Part shown: positions 1 through 12,049 of the stretch, in pieces
How the letters are laid out: each line of letters opens with the position of its first letter
Numbering within the stretch: position 1 is the first letter of the stretch
Origin: Lama guanicoe
Taxonomy: Eukaryota
DNA length: 64,000 nt
Reading direction: 5' to 3'
Assembly (NCBI GenBank): GCA_013239625.1
Contig: MU054323.1
Coordinates: 806,001-870,000, forward strand
Translations under genes and position numbers: made by a program
Notes under the pieces: generated by a model
What the model saw: only the letters and a program-made list of their open reading frames with translations
Database searches by the model: none
Told to the model about the DNA's origin: nothing

Positions 1-103
1 TGAGACTGTCAGGAGGCGGCACCTGCCGCGCCTGGCAGCCAGCAAAGTGCTCTTCAGTATCTTATCTTCTTTGGCCATTTTAAGAGACGTGCAAAGCAGG
101 GGC

Positions 104-215
104 CATTAACCTATTTTAAAAACGGGGAAGCTGAAATCCAAGTACACACAATGACTCTTCCAAGGTCACACAACAACCGAAACTAGAAACTAGAACACGC
201 ACCTCCTGACCTCCA
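104..215 (-). mobile_element. MIR SINE fragment
   Basis: cctattttaaaaacggggaagctgaaatcc...ccaaggtcacacaac resembles the reverse MIR core. Confidence 0.65.
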
Positions 216-699
216 GGCTGGTGACCTGTGACCCCTGCACTGCCTCCTGCCCCGCCCCCCGCCCTTCAGGGGAGGAGCAGAGAAACAGCTTAGAACAGCT
301 GCCCGGCTTCCACTTTTGAATGGTTCCAGAAGTGGGAGGGCTGGGCGGGGGGCAAACCGAGAGAAGGCAATATTGATGGTGAGGGGTCTGAGGAGCCTGG
401 AGGACTGTCTCCCTGCCCTGCAGGCTGGGAAGACATGGACTCCAAGGGCAAGATGGCAGCGTGCTTGTTCAAGTCCCCGGTCAACCAGCAGCAGAGCCTA
501 CACCCTGAGTCAGGACCCCTCTCTCAGGACAGCCTCTGTCCCCCAGCACCGCACGCACCTGCCCACGAGAAGACAAATGGGATGGTCTGTAGATAACAAA
601 CACCATCCCCGTTCATCAGGTATCCTCAGGGCTTCCGGTGTCACTTAACTTGGGACATCTGGTAACTCCTGAAACCTCACAGCAGCCACACCAGACAGA

Positions 700-820
700 T
701 GGACCTCATTCCCATCCCATTTTACAGATGAGGAAACTGACACAAGGGGTTTGGCCAATGGGTTTGGCTTTTGAGTAGTAGAACCAAGATCTGAATTCAG
801 GCAGTCTGGCTTGGATTCCT
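700..820 (-). mobile_element. MIR SINE fragment
   Basis: Contains cccattttacagatgaggaaactga, the reverse complement of the MIR core. Confidence 0.8.
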
Positions 821-2894
821 GCTTCTAGCCCCAATGGGGTTAACACCTCATCTCAACGCGGTTACATTAAAAAACAGAAACAAGGAAAGAAAGGGCGAGG
901 CGTGTAGAACAGCCAATTAGTGGAAAGAAACAGAGGCTCTAGGAACAGATGACATCTTCCTTCAAAAGGCGGAGGAAGGGAGGGAACTCTCCAGGCAGGG
1001 AATCTGATGGCAAGGTGCTGAATAAGCAGGACGAGGAGTCTGGTCCCCAGCCCTCCTTGGGAGAGCCCCCCGGTGGCAGCCAGCACCACCGGTAAATGAC
1101 TTCCTGGCCTTGGTGTTGATACAGCACCACTCGTGGGAGGAGGAAGTGGGGTGGGCTGGGGAGGGGACCGAGGCGGGGAGAGCCCAAGATGGGAGAGTCA
1201 TCAGGGTGGGTGGAAGGGATGATGTCTTGGGAACCCAGTTCCCATGTCATAGAGGGAGGGACCCGTTGGGCAGGCTGGCGAGCGACTCTGCCAAAAGTCC
1301 CCACCTGGAACGGTCAGTGCACGTGCTCCCAGGGACCCTGGGTTCTGGGGATGCTGTGCGATTTCAGCCTCACGAAGACCTGGGGAGCAGGGCAGGGCAG
1401 GGACCAGCCCTCACTCACCATTTCATAGATGGAGAGACTAGAGCCAAAGTAAGCATAGTCATGAAATAATAGTAGTAATAATAATAATGTCAACCACCGT
1501 TTGTTGGAGCCTATCAGGAAACAAAACGGATGCTTTCCGCAGGTTGCTCAGTAATAACACCAACTCTATGAGGGCCAAACTACTATTCCTAATTTGTAGC
1601 TGAGATAAGCTCAGTGAGGCCCTAAAGGTCAGCCAGTTGGCTGGGAGGAAGGATCTGAACTGCTATCGAGCTGACACCCTGGCCCACGGTCTCACCTCTG
1701 AGCCACACACGCCGTGAGACGGTGTCAGGCTCTCCCCGTGACTGCGCGACGGTGCTCACCCGCAGCCACCTTTGGGCTGTTAAAGCACGAACGTGCAGGC
1801 CTTTCCTTGTGGAGATGATCCACACTCCAGCCACACTAAATGCGCGGGCGTGGTCACATACAATTAAGGGGTCGTGTGATTTATCATCCAAACTTGGGTA
1901 CTTCTCAGAGTGAAGAGGGGCCTATTAATAATGCCACTGGGACAACAGGCATCGACCAGGCCTGTCCCAGGCACACGGGGACCTAGGGCCGCCCTACTAT
2001 AACCCACAGTCCCACGGGGCTGGTCATTTTACGCCTTGCTGTGTCGGTAGGGAACTCTCCAGGACGATCCCCAGCTTTCAATCCACCCAAATACTCCTTT
2101 GCAACAATTCACTCTCCCTTTGCACACCAGAAAAGTCTCCTATAACCACTGGTCTTGTGGTCCTTACGTATAAACCAGGCTGCTGCAACCTGATTATAAA
2201 GCAGACGTGCTGTGATGCGCGAAGCGAGGGTGTGACTCGTTCAGCAGGCTGCTCTGAAAGGACTGTTCGGTGCCTTGTGCCCTCGCACCCAGAACCTGAA
2301 TGTGCAGCTGTTCTGATAACCAGCCAGCCCCCCAAACCTGAGGGCTGGCGGCCCTCCCATCTCGGGGGCCTAAGGCAGCAGGACGGGTGTCTCCACTGCT
2401 GGCAGCACTGACCTCGCACGGAGCGGATGGACCTGTCGCCCTTTGGCCAGCGGTCTCCCCTCTGCTCCCACGGGGCTGGAGAGGATGCAGGTGGCGCTTA
2501 AAGCCTGCTTTTTGTTTCTTAAAAAATCTGCCTCCTTAAGACTCTCTGGTCAAGAGGAAAAGAGTCTGCTGTTCTTTTGAAACCAGGAAATCAGTCGTAA
2601 GTCAATCTCACACACATCAATACAGGTAGAGTGAAGGCTAACAAGAAAGCAATCAGCCCAGTCTCTGAAGAGACCGTCTCGGCATCTATTTAATTAGGGG
2701 GCATCACAGGACCTCTGACCCAGCGATTTCTGACAGCTCTCGGACGCTCACCCCGGAGACCCCGAAGGGGCTCTTCAAGGCACCGGCTGCCGGGCTCAGG
2801 GCCCCGCCCTGCAATCACACAAACGGCCCGCGTCTTTACTTGTTCTGCATAGGAGTGCCTGCCAGTGGTGACTTTTGGTAAATAGGAAGACCTT

Positions 2895-2985
2895 TTTTTC
2901 TAAATTAGGTCACATTCACAGGTTGTTGGGGGTTGGGACACGGATTTATCTGGGGGGGTGGCCTGGGACCACCACTCAGCCCACT
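2895..2985 (-). mobile_element. MLT1 (ERVL-MaLR) LTR 5' fragment
   Basis: aggtcacattcacaggttgttgggggttgggacacggatttatctggggg...cactcagcccact resembles the reverse of the MLT1 LTR start. Confidence 0.6.
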
Positions 2986-5899
2986 GCTGCTGTCATTATT
3001 ACTGTTGTTACTGTTGTACTGTTGGTATTAATGCCATTCAGGGGACACCTGAAACCTAGGGGAAGGAGGGGACTTGTCTAAAGCCACCCAGCAAGCAGGT
3101 GGCAAAGCTGGGACTAGAACACAGTTCTCCGACTGACTCTTGTCTCTTCCATCTCAGCGTGTGGCCTCTCATCCCAGGGACCCAGAAGGGAAGCCCAGCC
3201 TGAGAGCAGGAAGCAGCCTGGAGACGAACAGTGACTGACAGAGTGGCCAGGGCTCTGTCAGGACTGACAGAGTGGTCTAGGCAACCCTAGACTGTCCGAG
3301 GGCACGGGGGGAAGAGGGTGATGGGACTGAAGACCATCACTCTTCTTCGCTGTGCACTGACTACGAGCCAGGCACAAGGCTGCACATCACGTGACTATTT
3401 CATATGTGATATTTCACAGTGTCGGTTACATCCCGTCCTCCTCTGGAGTGGGAGAGGGGGAGACACTTTAGAAATCAAATGAGATCAGCCTCCTCTCCCT
3501 GACAAGTCTGAGCATCAGTCCAGTCAAGTCGCAGACAGCCGGGGCACTTCCACCTTCCCACTTCCCTTCCCAGGGCTGCAACTACAGGATCGTCACCCTT
3601 CTGGAGGGAAGGGGCACAACTTAACAGGTTCGAGGCACCAGCAGCTGACACCCACCCGGGCTCCATCAGGCAGGCAGCAATAAAGAGACAAACACCGTCC
3701 AGGCTGCAGAGGCAATGCCCGACCATCACCACGGACACAAGCCTGGATGTCTTGATGTAGCAGGAATGCTTTACGACGGGGCAAGGAAACCTTGCTGTAT
3801 CTGGAACTTGGCCTTGGCTGAGCTGTGTGACCTTCAGTCCCTCACTAATGCTGTCTGATCTTCAGATGCAAAGACCGGTAGATGCAGACTTCCAGCCATG
3901 TACCCCAGCGAGCCCCTTTGGGCTACTCTGAAGATGAAACGAGCCTTCTTTACTAACGCACCATAGCTAATTATGTTCATGCATTATCTCTGCCATGGAT
4001 GGGAAGTTCCTTAAGAGGAGGGACGTGTCTTACTGATGTTTATAAGCTACTGTAATGAGCTCAAAGCCCTGCACAAATGACAAATGCAGATGGCTGCATT
4101 TGTAAAATTCAGCTTCCTTGAGGGCAGGGAACGGCTCGGTGTGGCTGCAGAGGGAGGAAGAGGGGGGCAGTGATACAACAGAAACAGGCTGCTATCAAAC
4201 TGTAGAGGACTTTATGTACACCAATGCTTTTTGTGACGCCAAACAGTAAGCTAGCCTAGCAAATGCTTCTGTAAGTGTTTGTGGGAGGGTGGGGCTGTGG
4301 AAAGAGCCTGGAGTCTCATGCCCAACAATTGTGAACTGTGACTTCTTTGAGCCTTGGCTGCCCTGTCTGTACAATGGGAATAATGGCTCCCTTTTAGGCA
4401 TTTGGGTTCTGCAACATTAAAACATTACACATGACCAGTGCAGCCCTTGGCACCTGTTTGAACCTCAGCAAATACAACTGGCCCTCAATACGTGGGGCAA
4501 AACTGACCTGGACTCTCAGAGTAAATGACTGTTATGGAAGTTCAAGGCCAGTGCTCCCCGGAAGTAAGAAATTGAGAAACGGTGCCATGGCCGGACTGCA
4601 CTGTGCACAGTCCCAGAGCCCATCTGGCTGAGTCCCTTGCTGTCCAAGTTCTCAAAGACCCCGGTGCACACTGGCACCCCGTGCAAAGCCTGGCAGGACT
4701 CATGCACCCAAAAGCCACACGGGTCTCCCAGGGCAAACACCACCTAAGGACCACAAACCAGCTGTGAACTCCCAGCAGCCCCTGGCCAGCGGCAAAGGGC
4801 ACCTTTCAGGTGGCTCGGGTTGGGTGTTCTATGGACATCCTACTTAGGTGGGAGGTGAAGCACAGCGGGTGGAGAATAAGGAGCTCTGGGCTCTAGTTTC
4901 TGCTTTGCCCTAAATCTCTCTTAGACCCTGGGCACGTCCCTCCCTGCCATCTGTGTAATGAATGAAGCTGTCTTTGCACTTGGGGCTTTCAGTGTCTAGA
5001 ACAGTCCTTCAGTGGAGAGCTTGGAGAGAGTGGCTTTCTGATAAGGCTGGCCTCGGCTGACGTGAAAAGTAGAAGCCCTCCCGCAGACACCCCAAGCCAA
5101 ATCCAACAGGCTCTAGTCCTCACCCCCTGCTTCCTGGCTGTGCAACCCTGGGTGAGTTACAACACCCCTCTGAGCCTCCGTTTCCTCACGGGAGCCTCCA
5201 AGGTAATGATGTTTAGTTGTGCCATCTCCCAGCAAACTCTGTTTACTCAAGCTTCACAGAAAGTTCAAATCTCATTTCTCTCGGATGAGACAAGGCTAGT
5301 CATCTGCCACCTTCATGGACAGAGCTGGACACACCTTCACAAAGCAGATCAGCGTGAGGAAGAATGATGGGGAACTACCTGCAGTGACAGCTGGGAGCCG
5401 GCTTCTCTGCGCTGCTGACAAGGACAGTCACCCTGGCCCCGGCAGACAAACACTGGGGATCCTCAGACAATAACACAGCTGCTCCAGTTCCTGGGCCCCC
5501 TGCTGCGAGGCAAATGAGGAGTCACATGATCAGCATTCATCCTCAAGATGCGAAGGGATTCTGTCCTCCCCAGTGGCACAGGGATGCTGGCGGCAAATGC
5601 ATGCACATCCCCCCCGTCAGGGTCCCGGGCACCCCACACCCTGCCGTGGGGAAAAAAAGAAGTGTGAATTGTGGACAGAAAAATACCCGGGATAAGATCC
5701 TCACAGAAATCGACTACTGGGAAATGCACCTTCCTCGTGAGACCACCACCGTCTAACACAACCCATGTTTCTAAGCCTAGCGTTCAAGTCCCTCCATAAA
5801 CAGGTCTGTACTAATTGAGAACCATCCTTACAGAAACTCTCGGTTTAAGTCCAATGTGATTCACTGCATCTTGGTGCTCTGTGGCCCTGGTCTGCAGCC

Positions 5900-6265
5900 C
5901 GGACTTACCCCTCCATGTACCTCCATCCTTTCTACCATCCGTCCAAGCCGGCACCAGCCTCACCTCCTCCATGAAGTCTTCTCTGATGCTCTTCTGATAC
6001 CCAGCCCACACTGATCTCTCTTTTGTCTGAACTCACATAGCACTTTCTGTCTGCGCCACTCGGCACTTACTGCCCGTGGGTGGCTTCAACACTTTCTGAC
6101 TGGACCCTTACACCAACCTCCTAACTGGTTACATCCTGCCTGGACTCCGTCCCCACGCTCTGCAGAAAGAGTTTTGTAAAGCGCACATCTGATGATGTGT
6201 GTCCCTCACTTAAAATTCCACAAGCACTTCCCACTACCTCTGAGATCGAGTCCAAATGCCGCAGC
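5900..6265 (+). mobile_element. L2 LINE fragments
   Basis: Motifs cacctcctccatgaagtcttctctgat, cctcctaactggt and catctgatgatgtg...cttaaaattcc are typical of the L2 3' region. Confidence 0.6.
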
Positions 6266-7093
6266 ATGCTCCCGCCCCTCCCCGGGGCTGCCCACATTCA
6301 AGTCACACCAAAGGACTCCTGAGGTTGTGTAATGAGGTGGTACCAAAGGTGGGGCAGGAACCCAGCTGAGGGTTCTTCCTACAGTCCCAGACTCTCCTGG
6401 ATCTAAAGCTGGACCACAGAGAAGATGACTAGGAGCAAATGGCACTGAACCGTGGCCAAGGTGAGAGAAATCCAGGCCAACTAAGTCCTTCGTCTTGATA
6501 AGCTTATACTGTAGTGACAACCAGCTAATCCAGCAAACAACCAGGTGGGAGAGCAGACATCTGCGGCTCAGACCTAAGAGAGTCCATGCTTTCTTCACAA
6601 CAACAGTGATGAGGAGATCTTCACAGCAGTGGAAACTGAGGCTTGCAGAAGTCACGGTTCATATCTGGACTAACGCTCCAGCCAGGACCCTACCTCTATG
6701 GGCCAGAATGGTGCATCCCACAGCCCAGTGGCCATCACTAAGCTGCAGCTCCAAGCATCTCACACTCAACACATCTGATGCTGAGAAATGGCGCTTACTT
6801 AGTTCCTGCCTAAGAGTTCATTCTGCACAGGAGAGCCTCTTGATGAGCTCCTGCTACCCTTTAGATGGAAAGATTGTGAAACTGGATGGCTGTTTAACAG
6901 AAGAGGGAGAAAATCCCACTCTACCTATTCCATACTTATCCAAAGAGTCAGTGGTCACACACCCTCACCAGGCTAGTGCCCCCCCACCCACAGCACCTGA
7001 CAGTAATAACTGTGTGCGTTTATGGGGGAAAGCGTGGAAAAACAGGGTGCAGCAGAGAGCAAGGCTCATATCTAGACAGAAGCGCATGTGGAT

Positions 7094-7296
7094 CCAATGG
7101 CAGCCTGGAGCCAGCGGGCGCCAGATGCAATTACATGCATCTCTTCCCAACTTCATATTCGGTGAGGTCTTGTAATTAAAAATCAGCCATGTGGGAATGT
7201 TTACACCATGGAAATTGGCGAACACGCCTAATCAGGTCTGTTTTGTTTTTCTTTTTCCCCAGAGAGTCAGTTACTAAATATTTTCCAGCCATCATT
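7094..7296 (+). mobile_element. MER63A-like hAT-Blackjack non-autonomous DNA transposon
   Basis: catctcttcccaacttc...aaatcagccatgtgggaatgtttacaccatggaaattggcgaacac...cccagagagtcagttactaaatattttccagc follows the MER63 consensus as I recall it. Confidence 0.75.
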
Positions 7297-7527
7297 CAAC
7301 GGGTCCCATGAGAAGCCACTGAGTTGGGACAATAGGAGGTTTAAATTGTAGCCATAGCTCTGCCCTCAACTCACTGTTTGACTTGGGCAAGTTTTTTTCC
7401 CATCCTGGCCCTCAATTACCTTAACAGTAAAAGGGGAGCAAAAAAAAAAATCCTTGCTTTCACGACACACACCTATATAAAATAGGACCATGGATGTAAG
7501 GGCATTTTGATAAGTGTGAAGCTATGA

Positions 7528-7709
7528 GGACATGCTTGGCAATGTCTGTAGACATTTTTGGTTGTAACTGGAGGGTGTGTGGTGCTACTGGCATCTCATG
7601 TGTAGAGGCCAGGGAAGCTGCTAAACATCCTACTATGCACAGGAGACCCCCCCACAACACAGATTTGTTTTGTCCAAAATGTCAGTAGTACCAAACTTGA
7701 GAAATCCTG
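7528..7709 (+). mobile_element. MER20 hAT-Charlie DNA transposon
   Basis: ttggcaatgtctgtagacatttttggttgt...ggtgctactggcatctcatgtgtagaggccagggaagctgctaaacatcctac...ttgagaaatcctg is the classic MER20 sequence. Confidence 0.9.
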
Positions 7710-9870
7710 ATCTAAAGATACTGGCCCACTCAAGTTCCCTGAACACATTAGCATCTGGGAGAAAAATAAAAGCAACTTGGGTCAGTTCGCAGGAACCCTG
7801 GAAGGCCGTTGGGTGCGGAACCTCGAAACATGTGCTATGGGGCAGCAGCGCGAGAACACGGCAGACTTCCTGCCCTAACGCAGTGCCCGGCACGCAGTAG
7901 GTGCTTGGCACGCAGTAGGTGCTTGATGATGGTTTGTGGGAAAAGCAAGTGAGTCTAGCTGGACCCATGACGTACTCTCTCGCAGGCCCGCACTCCGTGT
8001 GTGCACAGCCCCCCACGGTGATTCCACGCAGAAGAATCTGACAGGCGGGATTTCGCCCTGTCTGGGAGGGAGATGGGAAGAAACGGTGTGAAATCGCAGC
8101 TCTGGAGACGCGGGTTAGACGCGTAACCACTAGCCTGGCCATCACAGCGGCAGCGGTCAGAAGAGCAGTTTTATTCAAGTCACTTTCTAATAGGAGTTGA
8201 AACATCTTGAAAGGTGAGGTTTTCAAACTCTCTCTGGGGAGGCAACTGTTAAAAACACACGGCAGGCAGCGTTGCTTTCCACACATTCAGAAACCACTTT
8301 TTGGAGACAATCCTTTTCTCCCTGGTACCACTTGGGATTGAAAACGCATTCAGCACAAACCACCCGAAGCGGAAACGGCGCTGGTTAAGAAACACTCCAG
8401 GCACGGCGGCCACCACAGGGAAGAGAATCGGACCAGGCTGGCACAGCGCAGCCACTCACAAGGAAAAGATGACAACAGGCAACATGCTGACTGTCCTGGG
8501 GCCCAGGGGCCCCGAGTCAGCAGGGCTGTGGGGTGCAGCTTTGCCACAGCCTTTCCTGGAAGTCCCCCTGTGGGACTCCCTGTTTCTCAAGAACCAGATG
8601 ACAAGACAGGACCTCCCTCTGTGCCTCCCTGGCCAGACCCCATCTGACTCACGAAGCCCTTTCATTAAAAGCCCAAGGGTTCAGAGCTAATTCTAGATTG
8701 TAGGACCCAGCCGGTCCTCAGGCCCTCGAAGTGCAAGCAGGATTACGAGGGTAATTTTGCCCTTCCTGGTCTATGAATGATGACTCACTTCACCAGAAAT
8801 CTGACTGGCAGAATGCTGTAGCTGGAAGCCGCCTGAGCACCTGCCTCCCCCGCCCCAACTTCGCTGATGCACGGGGGTTGTGGCCTGGGGGAGGGGCGGA
8901 CTGCCCGGGGCCTGCTACAGAGTTTCTTTGATTCTCAGCCCAGTGCAGTTTTTTGAGTGCCCAGTGAATCTTCTGGTTCAGATCTCTAAACCATAAACTC
9001 CAAGGATTGCTTGGAGCCCAGGAACAAGCTAGTTACAATCCAGACAGGCCTCGGGGCCACAGGATGGAAGGACAGCTACAGGGAAAGACATTTCAAACAC
9101 GACCACTTGGTGAGAACCCGCTCCATCCTCGGCTCAAGCTGGCCCCTCCCATCCTCATCTCTCATTCATTCCTCACGTCCGTGACCTGGCAGCATGGGTC
9201 TTATTATCCCCACAGTGAAGATGAGGAAAACCAGGCTAAGAGAAATAAAGACGTGCACTGACGTCCAAACAGACCTAGTGAAGGGTTTTGATTCTGATGC
9301 TCTTGCCTTAAACAAACTCTTTTTTTAAAGTCCTAACATTCAAAACAACAATGCAATTTCTCCAGTAATGGCAAAATCATTTTGCTACATTATTAATAAT
9401 CTCTTGAATTATCAGATTGCAAGCTTGACGTTTTTCACACTAATAATGGCCAGCAGTTCCAGGTGCGGTGCCAAGGGCCTGGGTCAGTGGAGACGAGAAA
9501 TAAGATGGCCATCGTGATCTCCTCTTGGGGTCTGAATGCAGCCACACTCCTGAATGGCACACAGGACAGTCACAAAACCCTACCTGGTGGGTCGAACCCT
9601 TGTTCAGGGTGCATCCAGGCAGAGGGACAGCGATAAGGAAGAGGGGTCCCGCTGAGGCCCACCCTGCAACCTGTCACTAGCTTCTTGTATTTCTTCCTCT
9701 CTGGGGATGAAGATTCTGAGAACAAAGGACAGGTCCTCACCCATGCCATGAGCTCATAAGCTCCCAGAAAAGATAAATACATGAAACACCAATTAAAATA
9801 CACAGTGTTTACCTTTCATTATTTGGCAGGGACAGGGTGAGGTTGCCAGGTTTATATTTTAAATCACATC

Positions 9871-9906
9871 TGTGTGTGTATGTGTGTGTGTGTGTGTACG
9901 TGTGTA
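9871..9906. repeat. Imperfect (TG)n microsatellite
   Basis: tgtgtgtgtatgtgtgtgtgtgtgtgtacgtgtgta. Confidence 0.9.
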
Positions 9907-11123
9907 CATATACTACTCTAGTGGTAGTGACTTCTCCATCCTGGCTGTCAACGATTTCATCTCTAAAATGGGAGAAACATGATGCGCACTTCATATCCCC
10001 AAAGTGTTACAAGAATAAAGTGAGATAATTAATAAAAGGATTAGTAAAGATTAAAAATAAGATGAGAAGCCTATATGAGGAATTACCCCTGGCCTCTCTC
10101 CAGGCTAGATAATATGGAAATACGCATCTCAGAAGAATGAACTTGGGGGCAATCATGGCACACAGAGCAAAGGAGACCATCACTGCCTGATGCTACACCT
10201 GGGAACAACCTGTCCCGGGATCCTATGTTCAGAACTCACTTTCCAATTCACGGGACGGCTGTAAAGAGGCAAAAAAACAAACACCAAACATCCACCTTTC
10301 CTGTTTATCCAGTTAATGTTCCCAATTTCAAATTAAAGAATGATTCTCACACCCTGCTTAAATCCTAGGGAATACACAGGTGGGGAAAGCATATTTGCTG
10401 TTCAGATGGAATGGCGAGCTCTTTGCCATCAAGGGTGGGCAGAGAATGGCCCAGTGGATTTGTTTCTCCTGGGCCTCAGCCCTGGCTCTGGGATGTCTTT
10501 GACTCCTGCTGAAATCAGGCAAGACAAAGCGGAAGCAGGCTGCCAGCCCAAGTACCTGGAGTGTGGGACCAGTGTCGCGGGATAAAAGCTTCCGTCAGAG
10601 GGGAATGTTTCCAACCGCTGCACAATTACCTTTATTAGCATAACATCTCATTGTGCATTTTGTAAAATGCTTTCCTTTTCCATTTCTGGAAGAATGCAAA
10701 ACCAGAAATTGCTGCCACTGGGGGGAAAAAAAGTCTATAAAATTTAAACCATGGGGCATTTGTTCCAGACTCCAGGGTAATGATGACTCTTGATATATAA
10801 TTCATGGCAGCCTGAAAGCTTGGCCTACTTCTGACTTAGAGATCATATATTTTGGAGAAGTCGGGTAGGGGGAAGGACAAAAATCATTTACAAAGGGTTC
10901 TGCTGTACTTTGCCTTTTGAGTAAACCAGACGATATTTTGGACCACTCTTTTCCACCGGAAGGGCTTCCCTTAAAGAGCTTTTTTATTTTTTTCTCTCTT
11001 AAATTGAAGAGGCAGCATATCATCCAGTTTCAGTTTTATCTTCTGTAACACTAGATAAAAGACGAGGATGAACCCATCTGTTAACACATACAGGCTGCAA
11101 ACTGTGTGAAAGCGCTCACAGCG

Positions 11124-11186
11124 CACACACCACACCACACACACACCACACCACACACCACCCCACACACACACACACACACACAC
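11124..11186. repeat. (CA)n / CACAC compound microsatellite
   Basis: Directly visible. Confidence 0.9.
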
Positions 11187-12049
11187 TCCTTGCAAAAAGG
11201 GAGAAAAAATCCACACTTTTAAGAAATTTATCATCAGCAATGCCACCCAATGCCGACGAGATAGCAGCACTTCTATCCTTTTAAGGGCAGATTCAGGAGG
11301 AAGCCAGCCTCCCCACCAAGGCTGCTCCCCCGACGCTGCCACATGCATTGGGATCCTGCGACTGGCTGCAGGCCAGGCCCTTCCCCCACAGCCCGCGGTT
11401 CCAACCTTCCCGAAATCAGTCATGAGCCCCCTGGGCCTTCACCTGCCACATCTCTGCCCACCCAAGCTGATCCTGAAGGAGTCGCAGAGCAAAGAGAGGG
11501 TTTCCATCCTCTGGCACAAAGGCCATGCTCCCCGGGGCTGGGTTTTCTGGGGAAAATGAGCAGGCAGGCTGCCTGGACCCCATCTGGGTCACTTGGCATT
11601 TCCTAGGCACTGCCGGTTGGGGAGGCGCTGTGGATCCCTCCCCAGGCTTTGAGAACTGCTTTTGCTTAATTACTGAAAACGCTGGATGCAATTGATCAGA
11701 TCAGATGCAACTGATCAGAGCTGGGAGGCTGGAGATGACCTGCAGGGACCCTCACCAGAGCTCATGTGGCTCACATCGCCACCATTACCTCTTTCAAGTG
11801 GGCAGAGTGCGGGTGGAGAGTCCTGAAATGCAGAGTTCTTTTGTTTCCTACACACAGAAACGGTGTGAATCACAGAGTTCCCAAAATAAACAAGCTTCAT
11901 TTCATTAATGAGGTGAAGCTTGAGTGCTCCCAGTGCGGAAGAGGATGGGGGTGGAGGTGACAAGCATGGTCCACTGCATGTGAAGGGGCTTACGTGGCCT
12001 TCAGGGAGGGGCCCAGAGCCCCAGCTACGATCCACGCACCCTGCACTCT

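Noticed and set aside
2902..2912. RORE-like AAATTAGGTCA
   Set aside because: A single motif inside an MLT1 fragment with no supporting context
6495..7175. 226-aa + strand ORF
   Set aside because: Runs through MIR-like and MER63 sequence, has no domain similarity I recognise and uses a non-ATG start
7633..8286. 217-aa minus-strand ORF with an STYCVP repeat
   Set aside because: The repeat comes from the 18-bp duplication, the C-terminus is MER20-derived and it resembles no protein I recognise
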